This document shows positions 1 through 10,231 of a DNA stretch of 64,000 bases, piece after piece; position 1 is the first letter of the stretch, and each line of letters opens with the position of its first letter. Source of the stretch: Coprothermobacter platensis DSM 11748 (GTDB taxonomy: Bacteria > Coprothermobacterota > Coprothermobacteria > Coprothermobacterales > Coprothermobacteraceae); assembly GCF_000378005.1 (NCBI RefSeq), contig NZ_KB899040.1:189468-253467 (forward strand), in the 5' to 3' direction. A model generated the notes under the pieces. It worked only from the letters and a program-made list of their open reading frames with translations. It did not search any database and was not told where the DNA came from. A program made the translations under genes and the position numbers.

Positions 1-325
1 TGCTCACAGGTGGTTTGGGGTCAGCAAACCTACACCTGGAGATTGGAAAAACAATTTGATGGGTACACTGGAGGGTGTAAAAGTAGAGGTTTCCGTTGTC
101 CTGGGTCAAACGTCAGCGCGCATAGGTGACATACTGAGTTGGAAAGCGGGAGACTTAATCCAACTTGATAGGCTAAGTGATGAACAGGTAGACCTAATGG
201 TAGAGGGTGTTCCTTTTGCAAAGGGTATACCTGGTTTATACAAACGCAAGAAGGCGTTCCTTATTGTGGGTAGAACTGGTGAGGATACAGAAACAGAAGA
301 GGAGGAACATTCAGAAAATGGCTGA
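1..325 (+). CDS. fliM: Flagellar motor switch protein FliM, C-terminal FliN-like (SpoA) domain; 5'-truncated by the window edge
   Basis: Frame is open from position 2. Translation ...[50 protein letters not shown] is a SpoA/FliN-type surface presentation domain, and it sits immediately upstream of fliY. Confidence 0.6.
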   Translation, partial: AHRWFGVSKPTPGDWKNNLMGTLEGVKVEVSVVLGQTSARIGDILSWKAGDLIQLDRLSDEQVDLMVEGVPFAKGIPGLYKRKKAFLIVGRTGEDTETEEEEHSENG

Positions 326-1187
326 TTTTATAGGCAGTTTGAAACGTCTCTTATCCGAAGTAAGCAATAACGGTATCAAGCTTGGTAACTTTTATAGCAT
401 TAATGCGTTGAAAGCAGAAAGTGCTCAATTCATAAGTATAGATTTTTCTATAGATGACTATGGGGATAGCGTTTTGTTGATGGACGAAAACCTTGCCAAA
501 CAATTAGGGAACGAGATGCTGAAAATATTCCAGTTAACAGTTGAAAACCTAAACGATGAATTAGTCCTTAGTACCATTGGTGAAGCAGTAAACCAAAGCA
601 TGAACGGTGCCATTCAGGAAAGTGCCGATCAATTTGGAGGTCTACAGCCTATTACTGTAGGGCCGGCACAGGTATTGAATGCAGATAACTTATCTGAAAA
701 AATCGCTGATAAATCCATGATTGAAATAGAAGGTGGAATGTGGCTCGCCGTTCCTCACGAATTAGCACAGACACTGCTTGAAGGCCACGTTCAGCAAAAT
801 GATAACGCCAGGCAGGTAGATGATGTTGTTCATTCGGCACGTGAACAATCAGATGATTCAGTTGACGCCAATGTTGAAGAAGTGACATTCCCAACGCTCA
901 AGCCAGAAACACCTGCTCAAGCACTCCCAAGAAACTTAGATCTCTTGCTCGATGTTAAGGTTACTGTTTCTGTTGAACTCGGTAGAACGCATCTTAACAT
1001 TAAGGAGATTTTAGGGCTGGGCTCTGGTTCTATCATAACGTTGGACAAACTGGCGGGAGAGCCAGTTGACATATTAGTTAATGGTAAGCCCATAGCAAAG
1101 GGTGAAGTCGTAGTTATTGATGAGGCGTTTGGTGTTAGAATTCTTGATATAATAGCACCCGGAGAGAGATTTAAAGCTGGAGAATAA
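318..1187 (+). CDS. fliY: Flagellar motor switch protein FliY/FliN (CheC-like N-terminal region plus C-terminal FliN domain)
   Basis: C-terminus [65 protein letters not shown] is a FliN/SpoA domain. ATG at 318 follows GAGGAGG. The track ORF from 207 would overlap fliM. Confidence 0.85.
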   Translation: MADFIGSLKRLLSEVSNNGIKLGNFYSINALKAESAQFISIDFSIDDYGDSVLLMDENLAKQLGNEMLKIFQLTVENLNDELVLSTIGEAVNQSMNGAIQESADQFGGLQPITVGPAQVLNADNLSEKIADKSMIEIEGGMWLAVPHELAQTLLEGHVQQNDNARQVDDVVHSAREQSDDSVDANVEEVTFPTLKPETPAQALPRNLDLLLDVKVTVSVELGRTHLNIKEILGLGSGSIITLDKLAGEPVDILVNGKPIAKGEVVVIDEAFGVRILDIIAPGERFKAGE

Positions 1188-1204
1188 AATGTCAGGAGGT
1201 TAAA

Positions 1205-1573
1205 ATGGGCAAAAAGGTTTTGATTGTGGACGATGCAGCTTTTATGCGTATGATGATAAAGAATGTCTTGACACAGAATGGTTATGAAGTTGCAGGTGAA
1301 GCTGCAAACGGCCAGGAAGCGCTAGGCCTTTATGATAAGACAAAACCTGACTTGGTGACGCTGGACATAACGATGCCTGAAATGGATGGCATACAGACGT
1401 TAAAGGAATTGCTTAAGAGAGATTCATCAGCAAATGTCATTATGGTTACAGCCATGGGACAACAACAGCTTGTTATTGAGGCAATACAATTAGGCGCAAA
1501 GGACTTTGTGGTCAAGCCTTTTCAGCCCGACAGGCTTCTGGACGCGGTAAGAAAGGCTCTGGGTGATGAATAG
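1205..1573 (+). CDS. cheY: Chemotaxis response regulator CheY
   Basis: 122-aa single receiver domain (VLIVDDAAFMR..., phospho-acceptor D in LDITMPEMDG, VTAMGQ, KPF). RBS AGGAGG upstream. Confidence 0.9.
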   Translation: MGKKVLIVDDAAFMRMMIKNVLTQNGYEVAGEAANGQEALGLYDKTKPDLVTLDITMPEMDGIQTLKELLKRDSSANVIMVTAMGQQQLVIEAIQLGAKDFVVKPFQPDRLLDAVRKALGDE

Positions 1574-1910
1574 CCTTTGGCAATGGGTACTTGTATTACT
1601 GTTTTTCGTCATAGTTGTTGGTGTTTTATGGTTTATCGGTAGATACAGCCGGAATTGGCTTGGTAATTTTCGCATTCCCAGTGAGGGAAAACGCTTAAAA
1701 GTTATCGATTCTGTGGCTTTAGATTTTAAAACCCATCTGTTCTTAGTTTCTGTTTCTGAGAGTGGTGAGTATTTAGTTGCTGATAATGGCAACTATGTAC
1801 ACATTTTGCCTGTACTTAAACCTACTGATGATAATCATCTTAAAAGTCAGGATAATGCTTCTGGTTTTGAACAAATATTGAACGATGTCGACAGCAAGTC
1901 CTCTAATTAG
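1563..1910 (+). CDS. fliO: Flagellar biosynthesis protein FliO/FliZ (small single-pass membrane protein)
   Basis: 115 aa with N-terminal TM helix WVLVLLFFVIVVGVLWFI. Lies between cheY and fliP as in fliY-cheY-fliZ-fliP clusters. Confidence 0.6.
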   Translation: MMNSLWQWVLVLLFFVIVVGVLWFIGRYSRNWLGNFRIPSEGKRLKVIDSVALDFKTHLFLVSVSESGEYLVADNGNYVHILPVLKPTDDNHLKSQDNASGFEQILNDVDSKSSN

Positions 1911-2541
1911 TATAAACCTGGGTTCTGGTGGTATTTCCATTGTTCAATTGATCGTTTTATTGACCGTTTTTACCCTTGCTCCGTCATTGCTTATGTTTTT
2001 TACGAGTTTTTTACGTATTCTGGTTGTATTTGGTTTTATGAGAAGTGCCATCGGTTTGCAGCAATTTCCACCTGCTCAGGTGTTCACTGCTCTGGCACTA
2101 ATTCTAACGTTCATGATAATGGGTCCTGTATTCTCCCAAGTTTATCAAGAAGCGTGGGTACCTTACAGCCAAGGGCAACTTAACTTTCAGCAATTTGTAA
2201 ATGCCGCTCAGAAGCCTGTTGCTGGTTGGATGCTCAAACAGGTGAAACCTGAAGAATTGCAGACAATGTCTGCAATATCAGGCACAGACCCCAAAAATCC
2301 GAATTTTACTACCTTGGCCAGCGCGTTTATGCTTAGCGAACTAAAAACTGCTTTTACTATGGGTCTGCTTCTGTATCTTCCATTTATAGCTTTGGATGTG
2401 GTAATAGCATCAGTTCTTATGTCGCTGGGTATGTTCATGATACCGCCAGCGATGATAAGTTTGCCTTTGAAAATACTCCTGTTTGTAGCGGCAAACGGTT
2501 GGGATACGGTGATTATGGGATTAGTGAGGAGTTTCCATTGA
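1885..2541 (+). CDS. fliP: Flagellar export apparatus protein FliP
   Basis: Conserved FliP segments FTLAPSLLMFFTSFLRILVVFGFMRSAIGLQQFPP and GLLLYLPFIALDVVIASVLMSLGMFMIPP. Confidence 0.9.
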   Translation: MSTASPLISINLGSGGISIVQLIVLLTVFTLAPSLLMFFTSFLRILVVFGFMRSAIGLQQFPPAQVFTALALILTFMIMGPVFSQVYQEAWVPYSQGQLNFQQFVNAAQKPVAGWMLKQVKPEELQTMSAISGTDPKNPNFTTLASAFMLSELKTAFTMGLLLYLPFIALDVVIASVLMSLGMFMIPPAMISLPLKILLFVAANGWDTVIMGLVRSFH

Positions 2542-2801
2542 TTGATTTTGTTTTCACATGGTTCCGTAATTCCATCATGCAAATTATTATCTTAGTCGGT
2601 CCGGTATTGTTAGTAGCGTTGGTTTTAGGTATTGTCATAAGCATTTTGCAAGTACTCACACAAATACATGATGCCTCCGTGGCATTCGTTCCTAAGTTTT
2701 TGGTGATCATGCTTATGGTTTTGTTTCTTGGTGGCACAGCTATCAATGTTATGACCAAGTTTTTTGTGAGTGTCGTTTCAGCATGGCAAACAATACCTTA
2801 G
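2499..2801 (+). CDS. fliQ: Flagellar export apparatus protein FliQ (true start probably TTG 2538 or ATG 2577)
   Basis: ILVGPVLLVALVLGIVISILQVLTQIHDASVAFVPKFLVIMLMVLFLG matches the FliQ core. fliP stop TGA is at 2539-2541. Confidence 0.85.
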   Translation: MGYGDYGISEEFPLIDFVFTWFRNSIMQIIILVGPVLLVALVLGIVISILQVLTQIHDASVAFVPKFLVIMLMVLFLGGTAINVMTKFFVSVVSAWQTIP

Positions 2802-3529
2802 GTTACTGGCCCGTTTTTTTTCGGTTATTGGGTTTTATCGTAGCTACTCCTATTTTGCCCTCAAGGTTCTTTAATATGAGGACCAAAATAACATTTGTAT
2901 CTGTAATGGCACTTGTGGCTATTCCAGACTTTATGTCTGTGTTTGCTATTCAGACATCGGTAGGTTGGGTCGAAATCTATGTTAGCGAACTCTGCTTGGG
3001 TTTAGTTCTTGGTGTCTTTAGTGGGATTGTTTATTGGGCATTGGTGTTCGCTGGTGATTTATGGGATATCATGTCAGGCTTTCAGATGATGACTGCCATA
3101 GATCCTTTTACTTCCGTACCTCAGCCTGTCATGACACAACTTTTCTCGTTAATGGCTGCTGCAACCTTTGTGATCACCGGTGTATTAGATAACTTTATCG
3201 TAGACATCATTATGAGTTACAAATTAGTTCCCGCTGGTAGCTTTCTACATTTGGCTCTGTCGGAACCTGTTTTATTCTTGACCAGGGCTTTTGCCTTGGG
3301 TTTAGCTGTATCAATTCCTATCATTGTTGTAATCTTGATATTGCAGTTTATAATGGGTGTAGTGTCAAAAGGTGCTTCTGGTTTTCCGATTTTTGTTGTT
3401 TGGGTTCCGTTGCAAACTGCTGTAGCACTTGTTTTGCTTTTTGTGATGCTTCCAGCTATACGCTTGTTCATGCACAATTGGACTAACTGGGCAGTGCAGT
3501 ATTTTACGTCATTACTGACCGCGGGGTAG
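2783..3529 (+). CDS. fliR: Flagellar export apparatus protein FliR
   Basis: 248-aa polytopic membrane protein in the fliPQR position. Its start overlaps the fliQ end. Confidence 0.85.
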   Translation: MANNTLGYWPVFFRLLGFIVATPILPSRFFNMRTKITFVSVMALVAIPDFMSVFAIQTSVGWVEIYVSELCLGLVLGVFSGIVYWALVFAGDLWDIMSGFQMMTAIDPFTSVPQPVMTQLFSLMAAATFVITGVLDNFIVDIIMSYKLVPAGSFLHLALSEPVLFLTRAFALGLAVSIPIIVVILILQFIMGVVSKGASGFPIFVVWVPLQTAVALVLLFVMLPAIRLFMHNWTNWAVQYFTSLLTAG

Positions 3530-3538
3530 AGTAAGACT

Positions 3539-4561
3539 ATGGCTGAAGGAGAAAGAACAGAACCACCGAGTCCAAGACGTTTGGAGAAGGCCATTCAGGA
3601 GGGCAATGTACCTCAGAGCCCTGAGCTAAGCGGTGCTGTAGGTACTTTAGTTTTCGTTGTTCTTTTGCGCATGTATTACCCTAATTTTATTGCAGCCTGG
3701 GACAGGATGTTTTTCTCTGTTTTGGATAGTGTTTCTCAAGATACATTGTTGCATGCTCTTGCATCGTCCTTGATGGGTGCCATTCCAGTAATGCTTGTAC
3801 CACTCATTGGAGTTTTACTTACGACCATGGTAACCACAGGTTTGAGAACATACCCGAAACGTATGGCTCCGCGCTTGGATGGTCTTAACCCCATGCAGAA
3901 TATTAAACGTATTTTTTCTTTGCAAGGTCTTGAGCAGTTGGGCATAGGACTTCTCAAAGTGATTTTGCTTTCTGTCGTAGCATACTTTCTTGTTAAGGAT
4001 AAATTGGTGGGTGTCATGTCTGGCACAGAGGACCCTGTCCAGTTCTTGAACCTTTGTGCTGTTATTTCCACGGATATACTGCTTTACTTGGTAGCTGTTT
4101 ACGTAGGAATAGGAGCACTGGATTACGTTTTTCAAAGAAGACGATGGTGGAACCAACTTAAGATGACAAAAGAAGAAGTAAAAGAAGAAATGAAAAGTAT
4201 GGAAGGCGATCCTACTGTTAAATCAAGAATTCGTTCTAAAATGAGACAATATGCCATGAGAAGATCATTAAACGATGTAAAGAAGGCAACAGTGGTGGTT
4301 ACAAACCCGACTGAGTATGCTGTTGCTCTACGTTATGAGAAGAACATGCCTGCTCCAGAAGTAGTTGCAAAGGGCGCTGGTTGGTTTGCACAACGTATAA
4401 AAGAAGAGGCTCGCAAGTATAATGTACCTATAGTGCCGAGACCAGAGCTTGCAAGAACGTTGTTTAGAAAAGTGGAGGTTGGCGATTACATTACGCCTGA
4501 TCTTTACAAGGCTGTAGCGGCTGTTTTAGTTGAAGTCATGAAAAGGAAGAAAAAAGTATGA
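3539..4561 (+). CDS. flhB: Flagellar export switch protein FlhB
   Basis: 340 aa with an N-terminal cytoplasmic plus TM region and a C-terminal domain around TNPTEYAVALRYEKNMPAPEVVAKGAG, which is the FlhB autocleavage region. The motif here is NPTE rather than NPTH. Confidence 0.9.
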   Translation: MAEGERTEPPSPRRLEKAIQEGNVPQSPELSGAVGTLVFVVLLRMYYPNFIAAWDRMFFSVLDSVSQDTLLHALASSLMGAIPVMLVPLIGVLLTTMVTTGLRTYPKRMAPRLDGLNPMQNIKRIFSLQGLEQLGIGLLKVILLSVVAYFLVKDKLVGVMSGTEDPVQFLNLCAVISTDILLYLVAVYVGIGALDYVFQRRRWWNQLKMTKEEVKEEMKSMEGDPTVKSRIRSKMRQYAMRRSLNDVKKATVVVTNPTEYAVALRYEKNMPAPEVVAKGAGWFAQRIKEEARKYNVPIVPRPELARTLFRKVEVGDYITPDLYKAVAAVLVEVMKRKKKV

Positions 4562-6570
4562 AAGGAATGTACACAATTGTTTTTGTTGTAGTAGGCATTT
4601 TCATGCTTATGATTCCGGTACCATCCGTGGTATTGGATGTTTTGTTTGCCATAAACTTAGTTTTCTCTTTACTTGTGTTGATGATCTCTCTATATACACG
4701 CTCAGCTACAGAATTTTCTTCTTTCCCCACACTTATGCTTTTTGCAGTGTTCTTCCATCTCATCTTGATCATAAGCAGTGCACGTGCCATATTGGTTAAC
4801 GGTAATCCCGGTGCCTTAGCGACTGCCTTTGGAAAACTCATCATGGGTCAAGGGAACTGGGTTGTGGGTCTTGTTATTTTTGTTGTGTTACTTATCGTTC
4901 AGTACATGGTTATTACCAGTGGTCAACAGCGTATCTCAGAAGTTGCAGCACGTTTTACACTGGATGCTATGCCTGGTAGACAAATGGCCATTGACGCTGA
5001 CCTTTCTGCAGGTTTCGTTACTCCAGAAGAAGCACGCAAGCAACGTGATAATTTAAGAAAGGAATCCGATTTCTTCGGAGCTATGGACGGTGCATCTCGT
5101 TTTGTTCGTGGCGAGACCATGGCATCTGCCTTAGCTGCTGTTGTGAATGCTTTAGGCGGAATGATAATGGGTATGCTCAGCGGACAGGCTGCTACAGATG
5201 CACTTTTGCATTATTTGGAAGTCGCTATAGGTGTTGCCTTACAAATAGCTATTTCGTCCTTGGCTTTGTCTTTGGCGGCAGCACTCTTGGTTGCTCGCGT
5301 TTCTTCTGAAGAACGGCTTGGCGATGAAATTACAGCTGAGCTGATGTCCTTTCCAAGCCTCATAAGGATTCTCGGTATCGTTCTCATCGTTGCTTCTCTT
5401 TTGCCTGGAGTCCCTAAATTGCTTCTCATTCCGTTAGGCATTTTGCTTATATGGGCGGGAAGAGCTCCTGCGGTTCCGGCACCGTCAGAATCTGCAGCCG
5501 TGGTAGAACCGAAGCGTTTATTTGAGCAGTTTTCAGAGCCCGATGCGATGATGAGTTTTATAGGAGTAGATGCAATTGAGTTGGAGTTCGGTTACGAATT
5601 GCTTCCACTTTTTGATACGACTAGCGGGCAAGACATTCTCGATAGTATTGCTCTTTTGAGAAAGAACCTTTCTGAAGAGTTCGGCTTTCCCATACCCGGG
5701 GTAAGAATTCATGATAATTTAAGCCTGAAACCGACACAGTATCGTATAAAACTAAGAGGGGTTACCATGGGAGAAGGCAATCTTGAAATGGGGTTACTGC
5801 TTGCCATGGGCGATCAAACGGATTTAGATAAAATCTCCGGTGTTGATACAAAAGAACCGGTTTTTGGTTTAGATGCTAAATGGGTCGCGCCTGGGGATAA
5901 GCTTAAAGCAGAAGCGGCCAATTTGACTGTTGTCGACTGTGGAACGATTCTTGTTACACATTTAGGTGAGGTACTCAGGAACAATTTATCCGATCTCATA
6001 ACGCGGCAAAACGTGAAAGATATTTTGGACTACGTAAACCGTTCGCATCCTGCTGTTGTGGAGGAACTACAGCAGGTGGCTTCTCTTGGAGATCTGGAAT
6101 TTGTCTTTAGGTACTTACTCCAGGAAAGATTGCCTGTGAGAGATGTGGTTAGAATTATGGAACTGATTACCGATTCGCTGCGTGTAAACAGAGATTTGAG
6201 AGAAGCAGCAGAGCAAGCACGTAAGGCGAGTGTACCTTATTTCTTAGAATCGGTGAGCGATAATGGAACAACCAAAATTGTGACTTTTAAACCCGATATT
6301 GAACGTTCTTTAATAGAAAGTTATCAGCCAGGAACAGAATTTGGTTTCGCTTTGTCGACAGAGAATTTACGCAGAATATTGGATGAAATAAAGAAAAACT
6401 GGGACCTGGCTCGTTCTTACACCGAGAATCCTATTCTGGTTACTCATCCCCGAATAAGACGCATTCTTTGGGAACTACTTAGTAGACAGGGTTTTAAAGA
6501 CATAGTTGTTTTATCTTATAATGAAATAATGGATACCAAATACGTAGTGGTGGGAAGTGTTGGCGCTTAA
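4558..6570 (+). CDS. flhA: Flagellar export apparatus protein FlhA
   Basis: 670 aa with N-terminal multi-TM region, FHLILIISSARAILV and the large cytoplasmic FlhA C-domain. Start overlaps the flhB stop. Confidence 0.95.
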   Translation: MKGMYTIVFVVVGIFMLMIPVPSVVLDVLFAINLVFSLLVLMISLYTRSATEFSSFPTLMLFAVFFHLILIISSARAILVNGNPGALATAFGKLIMGQGNWVVGLVIFVVLLIVQYMVITSGQQRISEVAARFTLDAMPGRQMAIDADLSAGFVTPEEARKQRDNLRKESDFFGAMDGASRFVRGETMASALAAVVNALGGMIMGMLSGQAATDALLHYLEVAIGVALQIAISSLALSLAAALLVARVSSEERLGDEITAELMSFPSLIRILGIVLIVASLLPGVPKLLLIPLGILLIWAGRAPAVPAPSESAAVVEPKRLFEQFSEPDAMMSFIGVDAIELEFGYELLPLFDTTSGQDILDSIALLRKNLSEEFGFPIPGVRIHDNLSLKPTQYRIKLRGVTMGEGNLEMGLLLAMGDQTDLDKISGVDTKEPVFGLDAKWVAPGDKLKAEAANLTVVDCGTILVTHLGEVLRNNLSDLITRQNVKDILDYVNRSHPAVVEELQQVASLGDLEFVFRYLLQERLPVRDVVRIMELITDSLRVNRDLREAAEQARKASVPYFLESVSDNGTTKIVTFKPDIERSLIESYQPGTEFGFALSTENLRRILDEIKKNWDLARSYTENPILVTHPRIRRILWELLSRQGFKDIVVLSYNEIMDTKYVVVGSVGA

Positions 6571-7565
6571 TGGAAGTAATCAAGGTAAATGATACGGATA
6601 TACAAAGTGCCTTAGATATGATTAAGCGTCAGTACGGCACTGAAGCGATGATATTAGAAATACGAAAAAAACGCAGGTATGTGGTGGGTCCGTCGTACTA
6701 TGAAATACTTGTGGGTATAGATCAAAATGAGGCGCCGTCAAAAGTTGACAGTATCGGTGCATTAGAAAAGGCGATAAAACGTTTAGACGAAGCTGTAACA
6801 TCTTTGGGTGTAAAAGATAATGAATTGGAGCAATTATCGAGAGAATCTGGATTTTCAAAAGAATTTTTACTGAAGGCTCGAGCTATTCCTCATGATGATT
6901 GGAAATCAAGTATTCGCACATACTTAAGCGATAAACTACAATTTGTAAGACCAGAGAACGTGAAGTTCCGAAGTTTTCCAAGAGTGTTTGTTCTTCTTGG
7001 CCCCACGGGTGTTGGAAAAACGACAACGGCTGCCAAGCTTGCTGGTTATCTATTGATGGAAAAGAATGCGAATTCAGGCTTTATTACCATTGATACTGTT
7101 CGTCCTGGAGCTGTGGAGCAAATAAAACTTTATGGCAAGGCAATGAATATGCCTGTAGAAGTAATAAGACGCCCACATCAGATGGAAAAGGTGCTAACAA
7201 AATTTCCGGATGCTCATTACATCTTTGTAGACACCGTTGGCAGAAATCCACGTGAACTTGCTAAATTAACAGAGATGAAAATGTATTTAGACCAAATCGC
7301 TGATTGGGTACCAGTTCTCTGTTTGAATGCTGGCCTAAGGAAAGAGGAAATGCAAAAAGCTTTTGAGTACTTTGGGAAAATCTTTCATATGGAGTATTTC
7401 ATTCTTACGAAAACCGATGAAGTAGAAAGTTTAAATAGCGCCGTTGAATTCTTGGCTGAAACCAATTTGAAGGTTCTCGCATTTACCGACGGCCAGAATG
7501 TTCCTGATGACCTTTTGTTCCCCTCGACTGAAGATGTCATGAACATGGTTGGATTAGCTTTATGA
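6570..7565 (+). CDS. flhF: Flagellar biosynthesis GTPase FlhF (SRP-type GTPase)
   Basis: P-loop LLGPTGVGKTTTAAKLAGY, DTVGRN and TKTDE motifs of the SRP/FtsY-like GTPase family. Sits between flhA and flhG. Confidence 0.85.
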   Translation: MEVIKVNDTDIQSALDMIKRQYGTEAMILEIRKKRRYVVGPSYYEILVGIDQNEAPSKVDSIGALEKAIKRLDEAVTSLGVKDNELEQLSRESGFSKEFLLKARAIPHDDWKSSIRTYLSDKLQFVRPENVKFRSFPRVFVLLGPTGVGKTTTAAKLAGYLLMEKNANSGFITIDTVRPGAVEQIKLYGKAMNMPVEVIRRPHQMEKVLTKFPDAHYIFVDTVGRNPRELAKLTEMKMYLDQIADWVPVLCLNAGLRKEEMQKAFEYFGKIFHMEYFILTKTDEVESLNSAVEFLAETNLKVLAFTDGQNVPDDLLFPSTEDVMNMVGLAL

Positions 7566-8416
7566 ATAATGACAAGATGAACATATCTTCCAATGAAATG
7601 AAGAAAACGCGTGTAATTGCGGTTTCTTCTGGAAAGGGCGGAGTAGGCAAAACGTTAGTTGCGCTGGGATTGGGTATGGCGTTATCCAGTGCAAAAAAAG
7701 ATGTGCTTTTGGTAGATGCTGATTTGGGTACTGCTAACCTTAACGTTGCCTTAGGTATACCTGTTGAATATAATCTTTGGGATGTGGTAAAAGGGCGCAT
7801 CAACGTAGACGGAGCTATTGTTAATATAGAAGAACATTTAGACCTTTTGCCTGGTGTTAGCGGTATTTATGAAGCGACATTCTGGCGTATGCGTGATACG
7901 GAAAAGCTGTGGCGTGAGCTGGACCTCAGTTTGGCAAAATACAATTATGTAATCATTGATACTGGGTCTGGAATAGGAAACGGCGTAATACAGTTCGATA
8001 TGGCGGCAGATGAAGTTGTGGTAGTCTTCACACCAGAAGCAACATCTATCACCGATGCCTATGCACTGGTGAAGACCCTTCATAAAGAAGGTTACGATGG
8101 AAACATATATGCTATTGAAAACATGGTTAAAAGACAACAATCGGATTTTGTGCTTGCATTGTCTTTGAAAACCATGGCCCAGCGTTTTCTTAGCAGGGAT
8201 ATAGAAATACTTGGAACTATTCCCTATGATGCAGAAATATCAAAAAAGGTTCGCTATCAGGAATTGGGAAAGTACTTGCATGAGGCTGATGATTTTATGT
8301 TCTATGTGCGATCTGTGGCAAAGAATTTGTTGAAAAATGGTGATGATATCGGTTCATATCGTCCTTCGTTCTGGACAAAGCTAAGAACACGTTTATCTAA
8401 TATTTTAGGTGGTTAG
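7562..8416 (+). CDS. flhG: MinD/ParA-type ATPase FlhG (YlxH/FleN-like flagellar number regulator)
   Basis: Deviant Walker A VIAVSSGKGGVGKTLVALGLG. Position downstream of flhF. Confidence 0.85.
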   Translation: MNNDKMNISSNEMKKTRVIAVSSGKGGVGKTLVALGLGMALSSAKKDVLLVDADLGTANLNVALGIPVEYNLWDVVKGRINVDGAIVNIEEHLDLLPGVSGIYEATFWRMRDTEKLWRELDLSLAKYNYVIIDTGSGIGNGVIQFDMAADEVVVVFTPEATSITDAYALVKTLHKEGYDGNIYAIENMVKRQQSDFVLALSLKTMAQRFLSRDIEILGTIPYDAEISKKVRYQELGKYLHEADDFMFYVRSVAKNLLKNGDDIGSYRPSFWTKLRTRLSNILGG

Positions 8417-8426
8417 GAGTTCCTTT

Positions 8427-9488
8427 ATGGCTAGAGTGCTTATAGTAGAAGATTCAAGGTTTGTTAGGCAACTTGTTTGTGATATTCTGAAGAAAAATCT
8501 TAATGTCATATGTGACGAGGCATCAACAGTAAAAGAGGCAATTTCCAAAATCAAGTTTTATCCTTATGATGTAATTCTTCTCGATTATATCCTTCCAGAT
8601 GGAACTGGAATGGACATACTTCATGAAGCAAAAAGTTCCATTCAAGGTAAGGTTATTCTGTTTTCGAGTTTGGCCGAAGAAGGAGCAGATATTACCGTCC
8701 AGGCACTGTCTGAGGGCGCTGCTGATTTCATTCTAAAGCCCGGCTGGGGTGGAATGTTAGCGGAACAGTTTTCTGCTGAACTTCTCAGTAAGGTTGGGAC
8801 ATTTTTAGAAGAACATGAATCGTCTAATGCTGTGAAAGAGCTCAAACAACCGCAGGTGAAAACGGATAGAACCGTCACCTCAACACCTCTAACAGCCAAA
8901 CCCTTCGTTAAGTGCGGTGGTATCGCTAATGGCATTATTGTCGTGGGATCTTCTACCGGAGGTCCCCAAGCTTTGAGACGTTTTTTAGCGAAGTTCGAAT
9001 GCATCAACGTACCCATGGTTATTGCACAGCATATGCCACCAGTTTTTACAAAAAGCTTAGCAGAACAGCTTAACCGCACCTGCCATATGACTGTTATAGA
9101 AGCTGTAGAAAGCACCCAATTGCAACCTAATAAGGTTTACATCGTTACTGGTGGTAAGCACGGTATTGTGAGCGATAACCAACTTGACATCATCGATGGC
9201 CCACCTGTGAACGGCGTTAAGCCTGCAGCGGATTTGTTGTTTGCTTCTGCGGGTGAGAGTTATAAAAGTCAGACCCTTGGGGTTGTACTGACGGGTATGG
9301 GCAAAGATGGTCTTGAAGGGAGCAAGATCATCAAGCAGATGGGTGGCAAAGTCATAGCGGAATCTGAAAACACTGCCGTGGTATGGGGTATGCCTGGAGA
9401 AATAGCAAAAAATGGATTGGCGGATGCAGTGGAAGATCTGGAGTTGCTTCCAGAGGTAGTGGAGCGTATCATTAGTACATGGAAATAG
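8427..9488 (+). CDS. cheB: Chemotaxis protein-glutamate methylesterase CheB (receiver plus methylesterase)
   Basis: N-terminal receiver (VLIVEDSRFVRQ, LLDYILPDGTG). C-terminal methylesterase motifs GIIVVGSSTGGPQAL and GMPGEIAK. ATG at 8427 follows TAGGAG. Confidence 0.9.
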   Translation: MARVLIVEDSRFVRQLVCDILKKNLNVICDEASTVKEAISKIKFYPYDVILLDYILPDGTGMDILHEAKSSIQGKVILFSSLAEEGADITVQALSEGAADFILKPGWGGMLAEQFSAELLSKVGTFLEEHESSNAVKELKQPQVKTDRTVTSTPLTAKPFVKCGGIANGIIVVGSSTGGPQALRRFLAKFECINVPMVIAQHMPPVFTKSLAEQLNRTCHMTVIEAVESTQLQPNKVYIVTGGKHGIVSDNQLDIIDGPPVNGVKPAADLLFASAGESYKSQTLGVVLTGMGKDGLEGSKIIKQMGGKVIAESENTAVVWGMPGEIAKNGLADAVEDLELLPEVVERIISTWK

Positions 9489-10231
9489 ATGTCGAGCAGG
9501 TAATCGATAGGCTCAAAAAATCCAGAGATTTGGATTTGTCCGGGTATGCAAGAAGCACACTTACGAGAAGAATTACTTATTTTATGGGCTTAAAGAAAAT
9601 CACAACAACTGCGGAGCTTGCTGATATTCTCGTAAAAAATGATGCCATGTTCCAAGATTTTCTCGATAAATTGACTATTAATGTTACAGAATTTTTCAGG
9701 GACCCTCCATTTTGGGATCGCCTCCTTGCACTTCTAAAAGCAGACCATAAAACACAGTTGAACATTTGGTCTGCGGGTTGCAGTATAGGGTGTGAGCCTT
9801 ATACGTTAACCATGTTGCTAACCGAAAATAGATTGCCGTTTGCCCCCATACGAGCAACTGATATGGACAAAGGGGCTTTAGAAAAAGCTAAAAAGGGTGT
9901 TTATGGACCAAGCGAAATCAAGAATGTTCCAGCAGAGTACATGAAGTATTTTACCTTGCAAGATGGCCTTTATTTAATCGATCCTTCTATCAAGAAGAAA
10001 GTGCAGTTTGAACAGCATAATCTTTTACAGGATGAATTTCCTGCCTCTGAAATGGATTTAATATTGTGTAGAAATGTCGTTATTTATTTCGGGCACGATT
10101 ATCTGTGGGCTAAGTTTTCGCAAGCACTTAAACCTGGTGGAATTTTATTTGTGGGCGCTTCCGAGATTATTTTTGATCCAAGTAAATATGGCCTATCTCT
10201 TGTTACCCATGGCTTTTATCGTAAACAATAA
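9479..10231 (+). CDS. cheR: Chemotaxis protein methyltransferase CheR
   Basis: TEFFRDPPFWD motif, SAM-binding IWSAGCSIGCEPYTL, and NVVIYF. Confidence 0.9.
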   Translation: MEIDVEQVIDRLKKSRDLDLSGYARSTLTRRITYFMGLKKITTTAELADILVKNDAMFQDFLDKLTINVTEFFRDPPFWDRLLALLKADHKTQLNIWSAGCSIGCEPYTLTMLLTENRLPFAPIRATDMDKGALEKAKKGVYGPSEIKNVPAEYMKYFTLQDGLYLIDPSIKKKVQFEQHNLLQDEFPASEMDLILCRNVVIYFGHDYLWAKFSQALKPGGILFVGASEIIFDPSKYGLSLVTHGFYRKQ

